Source of the DNA: Schizochytrium sp. TIO01
Taxonomy: Eukaryota; Protista; Bigyra: Labyrinthulomycetes
Assembly (NCBI GenBank): GCA_004764695.1
Contig: SMSO01000031.1
Location: 7,112,761 to 7,176,760 of the forward strand
Reading direction: 5' to 3'
DNA length: 64,000 nucleotides
Shown here: piece by piece, positions 12,290 through 25,340 of the stretch
How the letters are laid out: every line of letters begins with the position of its first letter
How positions within the stretch are numbered: position 1 is the first letter of the stretch
Translations under genes and position numbers: made by a program
Notes under the pieces: generated by a model
Told to the model about the DNA's origin: nothing
Seen by the model: the letters and a program-made list of their open reading frames with translations, nothing else
Databases searched by the model: none

Positions 12290-15200
12290 GTACACCACTT
12301 ATCGAGTTAATGAATGAAGATGTACTTCTATCTTTATCCTCAATCGTTCCTGCGTTTATTGATAAATCAGCGCTTTGTTCGCAGCTGCTCTGAGATGGTG
12401 ATCATGAGCAATCGTGGCATTGACCTATCTTCGTGTACGCAGTGACTATCTTCGTATACGCAATGACTATTATACCCGTGTAGTGGCCTCGAAAGCCACG
12501 GCTTTGGCTGTGTGGCATCGGGTCCCCTTGCTTGCTTCCTATTCGCTTGCTTTCCCGTTTGCTTCGCTCGCCTTCGTCTGACAGATGTGCGTGCAGAAGA
12601 GAGCGTGTTCGAGAGCAGAGCACAGCGTGTCTCGAGAGATAGATCAGAGCACAGCGTGCGAAACGGAGCCTCGGTTTTTGTCTTCGCAGGCCTCCGTCTA
12701 TTTCCCTATCTCCACCAAATAGAAATCCTTCGCACAGTTTTTGTTACTTGAGTCATGAATCATTAAGTAAGAATCCATCCGCTTTTCCTTTCTTTCCTCT
12801 TTTTCTACATTACATTATATATTTTCAGCCAAACCCTTATTATTATTATTTAATTTAAAAAAATTAAAAAAGAAAAAGATTTGTACATCAAATTAATGTA
12901 AAAAACAAACATTTCATTAAACATTGAACCTACCCACCTAAGACCTTCGCTGGTTTCACTACTGCATCATTGCCAAGGTATGTAATGTAATAGACTGAGA
13001 GAAGGTGGCCTACCCGCGACTCAGTAAGATAAGACTGAATAGCAATAGTAAAAGCAGATGGGGAACAAAAAAAATAGGAAACAGAAAAAGGAGCTTCAGC
13101 TCAAGAGAAAAATCTTGTGTCGCAAAAAGCGTTGCGCATACGTAGGACTCGCTATGGACGCCTAAAGGAACCCGCAGCACTGCTGGATTCGGCTGCAGTT
13201 TGTATGATGAGTTGATGTTTGTGTATACCAAACAACACAATGACTGACAGCAGCGATGAATGAGGTGACTGTCTGTCTGTCTGTCTGTCTGTCCTACTAT
13301 TCGTAACATCCATCGCTTTGCTTTCTCGCTTTCCTTTCAGTCAGCGACACTTTCTTTCGTCTTCGATCCTCTATTTTTAATTGTGTTGGTTGTTTTATAG
13401 AATAAAACAGAGATATTAAAAGGACGAGAGATACCCAGTCGAGGTTGAAATACATCCATAAATACGAGATCGAGGCTTCTCTGCTCTGCTCTGCTCTGCT
13501 CTGCTCCGCTTCTCTTGTTTCATGGTCTGTCTTATTGATCGATTGATTGATGTATTGATGTATTGATTGATGTATTGATTGATTGATTGATTATTTCAAG
13601 TTGTTTATTTGATGCTTTTAAGAGAACAAGGGAAAGAAAGCAGAGGCACTAATTCCTCTGCAGGCAAGCCGCGAACAACTTGAAGACCAGCGAATAGTGC
13701 GGGAAAGCAGCAGCCAAAGGAGACTTCGTTTTCGATTGATTGTCTGTTTGTGTGTTGATCCTCCTCACTTATGTGGCTGCTTTCCGCCTCTCTTTCATGC
13801 ATCACAACGATCAATGCGGCGCAAGAGCAGAAAACTGATGTGCCATTCCTGATCACCAAATGAAGATGAGTCGCTTTTACGAGAACTTCATCTCTTAAAA
13901 GTATAAGTGAAAATAAATAAAACATGAAGAATGAACGAATGAATGAATGAATGAATGAATGAATGAATGAGCTTTCTTCGATGCGCCAGAGCCGCAAGCG
14001 AGCTGGCGAGGCGAGGCGAAAACCTCCAATGAAGCTGGCCTCTCCTCCCTCTGCCTGCCTGTCTGCCTGGCAGAGAGGCCGCCCTGTCGCGCGTAAGGGA
14101 GGCTCTAGCTACAGCGTGCAGAGGAGGCTGCGAGCGAGCTCCTTCCCTCTCCGAGCAGCTCCTCGCTTGCGCATTCCTTCACATGTGCTCAACATTTCTT
14201 TCTTTTCTCTTTCTTTTTCTTCTTCTTATTACCTTCTTTCTTACTACCTACTAACTAACTAGCTAATAACTAGCTAGCTAACCCGCTAAGCAACTGTTAA
14301 ACATCCCATGGCTTTCTTGAACTTATGACCACAATATTCTCTCTATTCATGCTTCGCTCGTTGCTATCTATCTGCCTTCGTGGATCGCGATGGAGTCCGT
14401 AAAGCGCTGTCGGAGGACAGGGATGAGAGCCAAATGAAAACAGGTATGCACTGCTGCTTGCGCGCAATCAGAGGCAACAAGATTAGCTAAATCAGCTGTT
14501 GCCCTTCGAATACGCTCAAGATTGTCCTTCCTTTCAGTTTTGTTTTCTTTCGACCGAAAGATTTTTATTTATTTAAGATTTAAGATTTTAGTTTTAACTT
14601 CAACTTAAGCTTAACTACTTTAAAATAAACTCATTCTATGGTTGCTTTTACTAGAATTTTATTTTAATTTTATTTTTTCTTCTCTCTGCATACATAGCAC
14701 CTACTTATGCCGCAGTAGCCAAGCAGAGGGAGCTGCCAGTATGAGGAATCCGCGCCCTTCATTGAAAACTGGAAACGCTTCTTCGACTCGAAGACAGCCA
14801 CGAAAGGGTTTCTTCGCTTAGGCCTACGTTTCGGCAGCCTTATGCGCAATACCGTGGCCAGTGGTGATCTCTGTTGCGCAAATGGAGATTTCGCAGCGAC
14901 AGAGAAGGTATCGTCACATTCGCGCCATTTTCAGTCAGAAGAACATGTTGGTTTGCCAATAAATGAATAAATAGTGCTCATTCATTCATTCATTCATTCA
15001 TTCACTCACTCACGCACTCTTTAACTATATAAATTATACTCTCTTTATTTAAAAGATAAAATTAAAATATATATATGTATATACAATATATCTATTAAAT
15101 AATATTTAATAGTAACGAATTAAAAGTAGCCATAGCAGGAAGCGCTATGTAAGGTCTACGACTGCTGAGGCTTCTGCTTTCTCTCAACAATGGCAATGAA

Positions 15201-16206
15201 GGATGGTTTGTTTTCCTCTGTTTTGCACATACTTTCTATCTATCTGTCTGCAGTGCCCTGCTTGAGGATCGAGGTCTAGAAACGAAGAAACAGATACTCA
15301 GCGCTCGAGAGAGAAGAGAGTCTCCGCACTGACCTTACGCGAGAGACTGCCGCGCAGAAGAGGAGGCTTTTGCGGCGATTCTCGAGCAAACCTCTCTTTT
15401 CATTTGCTTTCATCGGCTGACTAAGTAAACAAACAAATAAACAAACAAATAAGTAAACAAATAAACAAACAAAGAGGTCAGTCAGTCAGTGTATCGAATT
15501 AATCATATATGTGGAAATGCGAAAAGCCTCTTTCTTGTCTGCGTTAAAATAAAAATAAAAATAAAAAATAAAAAATTATAATACCCTTTGTTTTGGATTG
15601 GCTTTTATAAGAATGATACAAGGAATGGTGTTTACTTATTTGCTTACAAGAGTAGAAAACCCACTGAAGAGGCTGTATGATCAGCATATTCCATTCTGGT
15701 CAGTCGAACAAACAATGCGTTATCAGCTAGCTAACTGCACATCCGTTGCTCCACGGTTCCTCTCGCAAGCACTTCCAGCCTCGCAGTGCCCAAGAGAAAG
15801 CAAGCTTTAAGCCAACGAGGCTTTACACGCGCGGAAGAAGGCATCGACGTAGCGCCATTTACAGCGAAGACCAAATCAATCAACCGATTAAATGAATGAA
15901 TAAATGAATGAATGAACGATTAAATGAATGAATATGATCGTGCCATTGTGAATAAATAATTGTCGAATTAGCGAATTGCTAAATAACTGACTGACTAACT
16001 CGCAAGGAAACAAAAGTTGACGGGAAACAAAACAAAGGAATTCTGCTCTTCTTTGTTGTTTTGGTGCCTGTTCGAGCAAGCGAGAATAAGGGGGCAGCGC
16101 AGGAGAAAGAGGCAGAGGCAAAGACTGACAAACAAAGCACCTGCTGCTATCTAGCTTTCTATCTATCTTTCAGTGGATAGGTGATGATGGATGGAGAGTC
16201 AGCAGC

Positions 16207-16257
<51 letters not shown>
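16207..16257. repeat. (GAAA)n microsatellite
   Basis: Seen directly. Confidence 0.95.
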
Positions 16258-16774
16258 ACAGGAATCACCTCTGATTGATTTGGATGAATGAGTAGGTTGG
16301 TGAAACATTCTTTCCACCCCCGTTTTTGTTTTGTTAGTTCGGGTTTCTGACTTTGTGAAGATTACAGATTGTAGTTGGCTTCCCTGTGCTTGTTTTATTT
16401 ATTCTCATCGACAGCATACTGAAGAAATGAATAAGTCGAGGTTTTCTTAGTTTTATCAAACACAATAAGTAAACAAAAGGTAAATAAATTATTTGTTAAA
16501 GGAAAGCAAAGACATTATTAATTGTAAAAAGTGTTTTCAGGCCATTATAGTTAGTTAGTTCGAGGAGGAAACAACCAAATAGGATCACTAGAAAATCAAT
16601 TAGTTCATCATTTGAGCGATCGATCTGTCGATTCGCCCTTCTCGTAGAGGCAGCGCCAGCAGCAAACCCCAAACACAATCGCCGACTGTCAGTCTGGCGA
16701 CGTACTCCCCCCCCCCTCCACGCCCCTTACTCCCGAATCCTCGCACCAGCCAGCCAGCTCTCTTGCTCCTGAAG

Positions 16775-18322
16775 ATGCTTGCTGCTGTGCGCAACCGCCT
16801 CCATGGCGGCGCCAAGGTGGTCCCTGGCGTGCGTGGACTTGCGTCCAAGAGCGGCAAGGTCCCCCTCCCCCCCATGGTCTTCATCAAGGGTGAGGAGATG
16901 ACCCGCTACTGCATGCAGCTCATCCTCGACAAGTGGATCGATCCCCACTTCGACACCAGCAAGTGGGAGTACTACGATCTCAGCTGCAAGGCCCGCGACG
17001 ACTCCGAGGACAAGGTCCTCCGCGACGCCGTCTCCGCCGGTCAGCGGATTAAGGCCATCTTCAAGGAGCCCACCGTGACCCCGACCGAGGTGCAGAAAAA
17101 GAAAATGGGTCTCCGCAAGACCTGGGGCAGCCCGAACGGTGCCATGCGCAAGGGCTGGAATGGTATCACCATCTCTCGTGACACCATCATGATCGAAGGC
17201 ATGGAACTCGGCTACAAGAACCCCGTACTCTTCGAGCGCCACGCCGTCGGTGGCGAGTACGGCGCAGGATACGCCACTGTCGGCAAGGGTGAGCTGCGCA
17301 CCGTGTACTACCCGGAGGGCGTGAACCCCGACGCGGACCCCAAGCAGGGCAAGCTCGTCGATGCTCGCAAGCTCAACGACAACCAGAGCGCTGTCGTGAC
17401 ATACGATAACCCTCTTGACAACGTTGTTGACCTCGCTCACCACTTCTTCACCAGATGCCTCAAGGCCCGTGTCACCCCCTACGTCGTCACCAAGAAGACT
17501 GTCTTCAAGTGGCAGGAGGGCTTCTGGACCCGCCACAAGGATGTCTTCGATGAGCACTACCGCCAGAGATTCCTTGACGCTGGTCTCCTTAAGAACACCG
17601 GCGGCGAGCTCCGCCACCTTATCAGTGATGCTGCCACCATGCAGCTCATTCGCTGGACTGACGGAGGCTTTGGATGCAGCTCCCACAACTACGATGGTGA
17701 CATGCTTACTGACGAGCTCGCCCAGATTCACCGCTCCCCCGGTTTCATCACCAGCAACCTCATCGGTAAGGCCAACGACGGCACCCTGATCAAGGAGTTT
17801 GAGGCTTCGCACGGTACTGTCGCTGACATGTGGGAGGACCACCTCGACGGAGAGGAGACCAGTCTCAACCCGCTCGGACTTGTGGAGGCTCTCATTGGTG
17901 CCATGCAGCACTCTGCTGCTCTCAGCGACTCCCCCGATGAGGCATTCATTGTTGACTTCACCAACAAGATGCGCTCTACCATTCACAAGGCCTTCGTTGC
18001 CGGCAAGGGCACCCGCGATATCTCTGGCGAGACCGGTCTCACCACTGAGCAGTTCATTGACCTCGTTGCTGATGTCCTCAACGGTAACGAGAACATCCTC
18101 GACGGCCTCAAGGAGGAGGCTCTCGAGAACGCCGACGGACGCGTCAAGCCCAAGACTAACCCCAGCTTCCGCCTCGTTGACAAGGACCAGATGCAGAGCT
18201 TCTTTGCCGCTCTTGACACTGACAAGAACGGTGTCATTGACTACGAAGAGTTTGAGTCCGGCATGGTCCGCCTCGGCGTCTTCCCCAAGAAGTACTTCCC
18301 GGAGGGACCCCCGAAGTTCTAA
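16775..18322 (+). CDS. IDH: Mitochondrial type II (homodimeric) isocitrate dehydrogenase, predicted NAD+-specific, with C-terminal EF-hand
   Basis: Motifs GEEMTR, KEPTVTP, WGSPNGAMR, HNYDGDMLTD and EASHGTV. Asp-Met (HGTVADM) occupies the position of Arg-His in NADP enzymes. EF-hand loop DTDKNGVIDYEE. Arg-rich presequence from the ATG at 16775. Strong C-ending codon bias. Confidence 0.95.
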   Translation: MLAAVRNRLHGGAKVVPGVRGLASKSGKVPLPPMVFIKGEEMTRYCMQLILDKWIDPHFDTSKWEYYDLSCKARDDSEDKVLRDAVSAGQRIKAIFKEPTVTPTEVQKKKMGLRKTWGSPNGAMRKGWNGITISRDTIMIEGMELGYKNPVLFERHAVGGEYGAGYATVGKGELRTVYYPEGVNPDADPKQGKLVDARKLNDNQSAVVTYDNPLDNVVDLAHHFFTRCLKARVTPYVVTKKTVFKWQEGFWTRHKDVFDEHYRQRFLDAGLLKNTGGELRHLISDAATMQLIRWTDGGFGCSSHNYDGDMLTDELAQIHRSPGFITSNLIGKANDGTLIKEFEASHGTVADMWEDHLDGEETSLNPLGLVEALIGAMQHSAALSDSPDEAFIVDFTNKMRSTIHKAFVAGKGTRDISGETGLTTEQFIDLVADVLNGNENILDGLKEEALENADGRVKPKTNPSFRLVDKDQMQSFFAALDTDKNGVIDYEEFESGMVRLGVFPKKYFPEGPPKF

Positions 18323-19110
18323 ACGCCTCTGTTGTTGTTTTTTTACCCATTACTACTTCTACTCCTGCGACTACCACCACATTGATGATTTATCCTTCTG
18401 CGGCAACAGCACATGCCAATGCTTCCTGCCCTTCTTTTCTCGATGGTCAGGTTATGCGCTCATAAGGAAATCTCTTCGAATTTTTCACAATACCATTACC
18501 GACCAAAAAAAACTAATTTTTGAGAATGTGACCAAAACTCTTTTTATCTTTTTTATATCCCCCTTTCCTAACTCTCTATATACACACACACGCTTCACAT
18601 GGCCATGACTTCTCTCTCCTATATGTTACGTACTTTCCCATGAATCAACGCGGGCACCTATCACGTTCGCCATACGCAATGGCAGTTTTAATGTAAATAT
18701 GTCTTCGAGGGCAGCTCAAGTGGCATTTCCTCATGTGTTGCAATTTAAGAGTGTCTTTATAGCCTAGATGATTTTGGCTCCTCACTTTCCGTTTCTTACC
18801 TCTATTACTTTAATAAATAATAAAAAAATCGTAGTTAGTAATGAGACAGACCGGCAGAAAACGCTATTGCATATTTCTATAGAGACAACCTTAACAGCCT
18901 TCCCGAAATGAACTCTCAATGAGCAGAAAATATCCTGGTTTATTTATGTTTTTCTTCTACAAGTTTTCTATATAATCTATTCAGCGATTGATGCGACCGG
19001 TGATCTCAATATCCCGAAGCTTGCAGAATTTGGTATTTTCATGTAAAATAACAAAACGGCAGGCTTTGAAAATGCGAATACTCGAAAAACCAGCCAGGAG
19101 AAATCGTTCC

Positions 19111-20192
19111 TCAAGAATTGCATGTCTCTGCATGCGCTGTGGTAGAAACAACTTGCGTTTGGTTTATTTCATGACACAAAGCCGTTGTTGATACAATTGG
19201 AGCAGCAGGTCGGGTTGGCGACAGAAATTGGTTCCCCTTCAGAGAAGAGTTCTCCATATTTGCTCGTGCTTTCATGAAAAGATTCTTGGTCGCAGTCAGA
19301 ATATCTGGGATGATGATATCTGGTAGCGCACTGACAAGTTTTGTTGTATCAAGCATGTTGTTTGACCGTGGAGCTTTGAGTACTAAGGCTTGCTCTTCCT
19401 CAGTGAAATTCTTCCATGTGAACTCGGGATCGATGTACTCCCTGTACAGCTCCAGGCACTCGTTGTGAGAAATGGTGCCTGGATTTGTAAAGTTATAAAT
19501 ACCAGTAAGACCTCTCGAGGCCATGAGCACAGCCACAGGTAGCATATCTGGAAGGCTTGTCATGGAATTAGGGATGTTGACTACACGTTCATATCGAGCG
19601 ATCTTGTAAATGAAATTTCGAGGTGCATTCATGTCATCGCAAAGCGGCATGCGCACACGAAGCACTAAAGTATTGTCAAGAAAAGGCTGAATAAGATGTT
19701 CCACAAGGCCCTTCGTCTTGGAGTAGAAAGAACCATCAAAATTCGGGGGGTCCATCTCTGTAAACCCCTTCCCACTCCCAAGTGGGTGTTTCGCATCGTA
19801 TGAATATATACAACCCGTGGCGAATAAAGTAAGGTGAATGTTCAACTCATCACAAACATCACAAAGGGTCAGTGTGCCAGTGACGTTAGATCGAATTGTC
19901 TCCTTACGATGGTCTTCGCACCAGTCGACGTTTGGGCCGCCCTGTGACACCAGCAGCACACAGAACATTCGTAGGTGCAACCTTTTTGGAGTTCGTTGTA
20001 AACCGCTGCACGGTCCTCCATCCGACTTTTCGCAATAACCACCTCACATTTTTGAGCCTGATCGCTGATCAATTGTACCAAAAGCTGTCCAATCCAGCCA
20101 CTGTGGCCGCCATATACAAGGAACCGAAGCCCCTCGCAGCCTTCTGCAGAAAGGCTCTGGCAAGCAGCACGGGTCGTTTCACCTTGACCCAT
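19111..20192 (-). CDS. Bifunctional NDP-4-keto-6-deoxyglucose 3,5-epimerase/4-reductase (NRS/ER, rhamnose synthesis), with two frameshifts in this assembly
   Basis: FLVYGGHSGWIG Rossmann motif, VAPTNVLCAAGVTGRP (in an intermediate frame), NVDWCEDH, ATGCIY, SFYSKTK (YxxxK), LRVRMP, NFTNPG, APRSN. The frame shifts at ~19985 and ~19933. Confidence 0.9.
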
Positions 20193-21316
20193 CGTTGATT
20201 GTCAACTCGCCTTGTTCCCCAAACTTGCCTATTTGTTTCCTTTGAGCAAACGTGAGGCACGTCAAACCGACGAGAGACCTCACCAACAAACTCCACACAG
20301 GTGCCACGAAGAATCCGCTCAGGCAATCGCAGTCTGCCCAGAAGTCGTGACCAAATGTGTCTACTGGATACCTGTTCATTTTTAACTCAAACTTTAACTC
20401 TTCGCTAAGAACTCATCAACTAAAGGGTTTCAAAGTCAGATGAATGTCACAACATAACATCGCCTCACTCATCTCACTCAGATGCGGATTGAGTTGAAGG
20501 AGCCACTCACCGTCGATCCCCAGCACACGAAGCACACGGGGAATAATGCCAAATCCTTAATTTTCTTTCCTATTACGACAACGCGCTTGTCGATTATTTT
20601 TATTGCTCGCCCGACTCACAATATATCCAACTGCGGCACTCTGCCGACGTAGTTTTCGATGGAAAGAAAGACACGGAAGATATCAGTTTGTACATAATAG
20701 GCTCAAGAAGTGTCGAATAACGTCCGACTATAACCACTCGCTGCGAGATGGTTTTCTCAGTCTTGGGCACCCGAAACACTCCTGCGTTTCATCGATTTGA
20801 CTCTCTTTCATATGGCTCGTTGTGGAAAATCAGAGTCTGAATGAATAAATGCGTCACAACTTTGGAGCCTCATCCATGAATCGAGACAGACATTGAGGCC
20901 CAAAGGGAGTCAATATATCAGTCCCGCCGACTATCTGCTCCCTAGAGACTCTTAGGAGTGGGGCTTAGTGTTGGCGCTAAGTAGCTCCTATGACTTAACA
21001 TCTTTCATGTAATTGATAGCAGTGGCTATATAGATAGCCAAACTCGTAGCACCTCCTACTGTGAAAGGAGAGAGCGAGAAATCGCCAAGTCATCATCAGA
21101 TCGAGAAAAAATCACTGCACAATTCTGCATAGCGGACCAGGACCTCGCAAGCCGGGGAACCGTCGATCGGCTTGCGTAGATACTGATTAAAAAGGTAGTG
21201 AGGAATCTGCAGTAACACTTGAGCTGGATATTTAGGTTAGCCTTTTCGTTCAAGTTGGACTAGACCGGATTTGGCGAGAAGGGCCTCTCGTTTGCTTCAA
21301 CGTTCAGGAAAGGAGG

Positions 21317-21706
21317 ATGCACCCGTTCTGGGCGACAGTGCTGGCCGTTTCCGTGGTTGCCTTTCTTGTGTACGTACTATGCATGGGCCCATCTCGAGCA
21401 AAGGCTGATGCTGGATTCGCGGCAGGTGCAACTCGAGCATCAGTAGCCTCTTCCTCTTCTGCGGGCTCGAACACTTCTCGTTCAACCTCTGGCGCTACGA
21501 GTGCGTCGAAGACCCAAGGAGTAGCTAAGAGTCGGAGAACTGCTGATGGAGGATCTTCGCAGCAATTTGAGATTAAGATTCAACGTATGAACAAGCTCAA
21601 AGAAGATGCCAGGGCAAGGTATCGCTTGCTACACCCTGATTTTGCTCCTCCTGGAGAAGCCACGAAACATGCCGAGACCACGGCAGCGGATAAGAAGGAT
21701 AACTGA
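21317..21706 (+). CDS. Small single-pass membrane protein with C-terminal KKxx ER-retrieval motif
   Basis: 129 aa. N-terminal TM (FWATVLAVSVVAFLVYVLCM), S/T/A linker, helical KIQRMNKLKEDARARY, ends KKDN*. Confidence 0.65.
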   Translation: MHPFWATVLAVSVVAFLVYVLCMGPSRAKADAGFAAGATRASVASSSSAGSNTSRSTSGATSASKTQGVAKSRRTADGGSSQQFEIKIQRMNKLKEDARARYRLLHPDFAPPGEATKHAETTAADKKDN

Positions 21707-23107
21707 GGATCGTATCTGGAGGTAGCTTTGGCATTTGGTCATCGGCAATAACGCCAATGAATATCCCCCTCAATGCGCGAAACCTCGGCGGGCCAAGACT
21801 CGTTGAGTCGTTTAATGCTGTACTTAACATGTCTTTATGAAGGGTGGCATTGAATATCATGTACATCCAGCTTGCCTGTATATACGAAAGCTTGCCTTGG
21901 CTTTTGAATATGCCGGCTTATGGCTATTCATTATAATGAAGAGTTGTGTTCAGGCGCTGATTGCTCACACAAGATTTTAAAAGTCATGCATACTACACAC
22001 TACGAAACTAAGAGCTTTCGAGTATTGTATCCGTCAAGTTGTTGGTATTCAAGCACTAAGATTAATGAAACCTCTACGATGGCCGCATCTCGTTACGCCA
22101 GCATACATTAATAAAGCTCGGTCTTTTGCGAAATCGAAACTACTAGACTATTTTAAATTATCGCAGTGCATTGAAATTGTCTATTACTGTTCACGTGATA
22201 GTAGCAGGCTCTATTCTGCACTCGTCACCAATTAAACTAGAAATTAAACAAACAAAAAAAATGAAGTGAAGTCATTTAGTCACTGTGTTCTTGAACTATA
22301 TATTTTTTTTTTCTTTTAAATGATAATAGATAAGTTACAAAATCAGATTAAAGCTTCATATCAAGACCAAAATAACCATCAAATACCCCGTCCTTCTTCT
22401 AGTAAACTATGAGGATAAATTTTATCATTTATTTCATTTCAAAACGCAAATAGCATGCATCGATCGTGGAATTTTCTATGTAGCTGCCCTATATATTTTA
22501 CGAATAACACACTATAGATGAAACAAAGACATGCAAATGCCCAATTTTCCGATACTTTTATTATTTAATAAGACTGAGTTATACCTCACATGTGCAAGAC
22601 GCAGGTTTTTCTTCAAGTTGCATCAAATTCATAGTGGGACAACACGTCTATTCACCTTATACTATATCCGAAGAGATATGGATCTAGACGGTTGCTATGC
22701 GACTGCCCGAGTAGGGCATTTATCAGGCACTATATTTAGCATTGCTATAAATCTCTCTAGTTTTGTAAAACACTCAGGCTAACAGCAACCATTGATAACT
22801 CATATAAAAGTCTACAAACAAAGTTTTCACAATCTGACTATTTTCCGGGTTCTCACTATCGCGAGTATGTTTCATTCGTCCATCATTTATTTCAACCGTT
22901 CTTTCGTCAGTGTGCGTCGCAACTAGACTATGTCTCGTTCTGTATATTTCATAGATCCTAAACTGAAATATATCATGTGTATAGGTATAGATATAATTTA
23001 GTGCAGCACAAACTTACTCAGGCATGCTTCCAAGCAGTAGGTTTCTCAAGCTTGATCAACTTTTACTTAATGAACCTCTGTCAATCTGTGACAGTCATCT
23101 GGTTGAT

Positions 23108-23178
23108 GCGTCAGTGGTTTAGTGGTAAAATAGCTGTTTGCCATGCGGCTGCCCCGGGTTCGATTCCCGGCTGACGCT
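23108..23178 (+). tRNA. tRNA-Gly(GCC) copy 1
   Basis: Cloverleaf GCGTCAG/CTGACGC, D arm GTTT-AGTGGTA-AAAT, anticodon loop TTGCCAT, T arm CCGGG-TTCGATT-CCCGG, followed by an oligo-T terminator. Confidence 0.97.
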
Positions 23179-23600
23179 TATCCTTTTTTGCTGCCAATTT
23201 TGAGTGCATAAATTGAGACCTTTGAAACTTTCCTTTAAGGGTCTTTTAATTTTTGCCTATCTAAGAGCTTTGCTACAGGCCTGAATAGTTAGTCTTTGCA
23301 GCACACAAGACACCGTCGACAAATATATAGAAAATTTCAAGGAGTCATTGATGACGACCATTTATGTTATGAATACTAGAAGTTTTTTGACAGTCGAAGT
23401 CAAAAGGATAGCTACTGAGATATCTTATTTCTTAGCGATAAATGCTTATCGTCTAAATTTTGGATATTGATTTCGTAGATACCTTCTCGCCTCTTGTTTA
23501 GAGAGCTCTCCTGACAAAGCAGCTACTTAGTGCTTGTGGAATCATGTTGAATGAATTGAATCAGATTCATCACGCAGTAGTGAACCCCACATCATCAGTT

Positions 23601-23671
23601 GCGTCAGTGGTTTAGTGGTAAAATAGCTGTTTGCCATGCGGCTGCCCCGGGTTCGATTCCCGGCTGACGCT
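23601..23671 (+). tRNA. tRNA-Gly(GCC) copy 2
   Basis: Identical to copy 1; oligo-T downstream. Confidence 0.97.
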
Positions 23672-24082
23672 TATCCTTTTTTGCTGCCAATTTTGAGCGC
23701 ATAAATTGATACCATGAAACTTTCTCTTAAGGGTCTTTTAGTTTTTGCCTATCTAAGAGCTTTGCTACAGGCCTGAATAGTTAGTCTTTGCAGCACACAA
23801 GACACCGTCGACAATGTAGAAAATTTCAAGGAGTCATTGATGACGACCATTTATGTTATGAATGAAGTTTGACAGTCGAAGTCAAAAGGATAGCTACTGA
23901 GATATCTTATTTCTTAGCGATAAATGCTTATCGTCTAAATTTTGGATATTGATTTCGTAGATACCTTCTCGCCTCTTGTTTAGAGAGCTCTCCTGACAAA
24001 GCAGCTACTTAGTGCTTGTGGAATCATGTTGAATGAATTGAGTCAGATTCATCACGCAGTAGTGAACCCCACGTCATCAGTT

Positions 24083-24153
24083 GCGTCAGTGGTTTAGTGG
24101 TAAAATAGCTGTTTGCCATGCGGCTGCCCCGGGTTCGATTCCCGGCTGACGCT
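24083..24153 (+). tRNA. tRNA-Gly(GCC) copy 3
   Basis: Identical to copy 1. Confidence 0.97.
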
Positions 24154-24693
24154 TGTCTTTTTTGCTTTATTTATGTAGACGCATTCTGCAGCAGGAGTGA
24201 ACTATACCACTTCAATTCTTCCCGATAATAGATAGGTAGTAGGGCTTATGTTAAAGAAGCTGGAAGGAAGGTACTGTCGACAGATACGAGCCAATCGTTT
24301 CTGAGAGGCCAATCTGAATATAAAACAAGCAGATCAGGAAAGCGAAACGTTTGAGATATGCATACAAGGCAATTATGTAGACTGCAAAGCATCAATCTCA
24401 AGACTTGCAGAAGGCATTCTAGTAAACAACTTTGTGTTATCAGTAAACTCCTGCCTAGAAGAATCACTTCATTCAAGAAATAACTTTCACGATGATGAAG
24501 GAAGGTACTTTTTACTTAAAAATAAATATTTGTGAATAATAATAAAATAGCCAAAATTGGAATTTTATTGTCTTGAAAGCAAGGAAAGTCAATGATATTT
24601 TTCAAGCTTGAGCTGATGAACAGTTTAAGAGGTATCTCTTGCCTCACCCTAATATGTTATTTGAGAACTTCAATTTCCAGATGACTCCATCTT

Positions 24694-24764
24694 GCGTCAG
24701 TGGTTTAGTGGTAAAATAGCTGTTTGCCATGCGGCTGCCCCGGGTTCGATTCCCGGCTGACGCT
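24694..24764 (+). tRNA. tRNA-Gly(GCC) copy 4
   Basis: Identical to copy 1. Confidence 0.97.
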
Positions 24765-25269
24765 TGTCCTTTTTGCTTTTGAGCTATTGCTTTTGTGCAT
24801 ATACCAGTGGGTAAAGCAAAGAAGAGCAACCATTTGGCCTACAAACCATCTTAAGTATCGAATCTTACCTAGGTCGGAACTTACCAGAAACAAAATAGAT
24901 AAAGACTAGTGACGAGATTAATCCCACACAACAACCTTTCAATTTGTTAAACGAATAGTGATAACTTTTTGATGTTTAATTGTTCTTTGTTCCACATCAA
25001 AGACCTTGCGTAAATAATACTACACTACCAATGTCATCAAACTCTAGGTATCACTGCTCTTGGCAGCACTTGACAGGAGGCACTGGAAAATCCTATATCT
25101 ATAGTTTGGAAATATACCATAATATGGTCTTGTCACAAGACTTTAAGGTTTTTAGCTCATGACCGATCACCCCAGGAAGCAAAGTGTAAGGAGCTTGATT
25201 GTTTTGCCAAATTTATACTTATATTTGTTTGCTCTCCTTGCCAATCAGAGATCAAATGAGATCCTTGCT

Positions 25270-25340
25270 GCGTTAGTGGTTTAGTGGTAAAATAGCTGTT
25301 TGCCATGCGGCTGCCCCGGGTTCGATTCCCGGCTGACGCT
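25270..25340 (+). tRNA. tRNA-Gly(GCC) copy 5 (C5T variant)
   Basis: Starts GCGTTAG, giving a U5:G68 wobble; otherwise identical. Confidence 0.97.

Larger units (their letters stand above)
23108..24153 (+). repeat. Recent tandem duplication of a ~490-bp tRNA+spacer unit
   Basis: Spacers 23179-23600 and 23672-24082 are near-identical with a few short indels; periods are 493 and 482 bp. Confidence 0.95.

Noticed and set aside
16727-17986. 419-aa antisense ORF (and 269-aa alternate-frame ORF) over IDH
   Set aside because: Expected shadow of strong codon bias in a highly expressed gene; no independent protein features.
21704-21760. TGA stop of the small membrane protein as possible selenocysteine (SelK/SelS-like)
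   Set aside because: The protein ends in a clean KKxx motif, lacks the Gly/Pro-rich Sec context, and I saw no SECIS.
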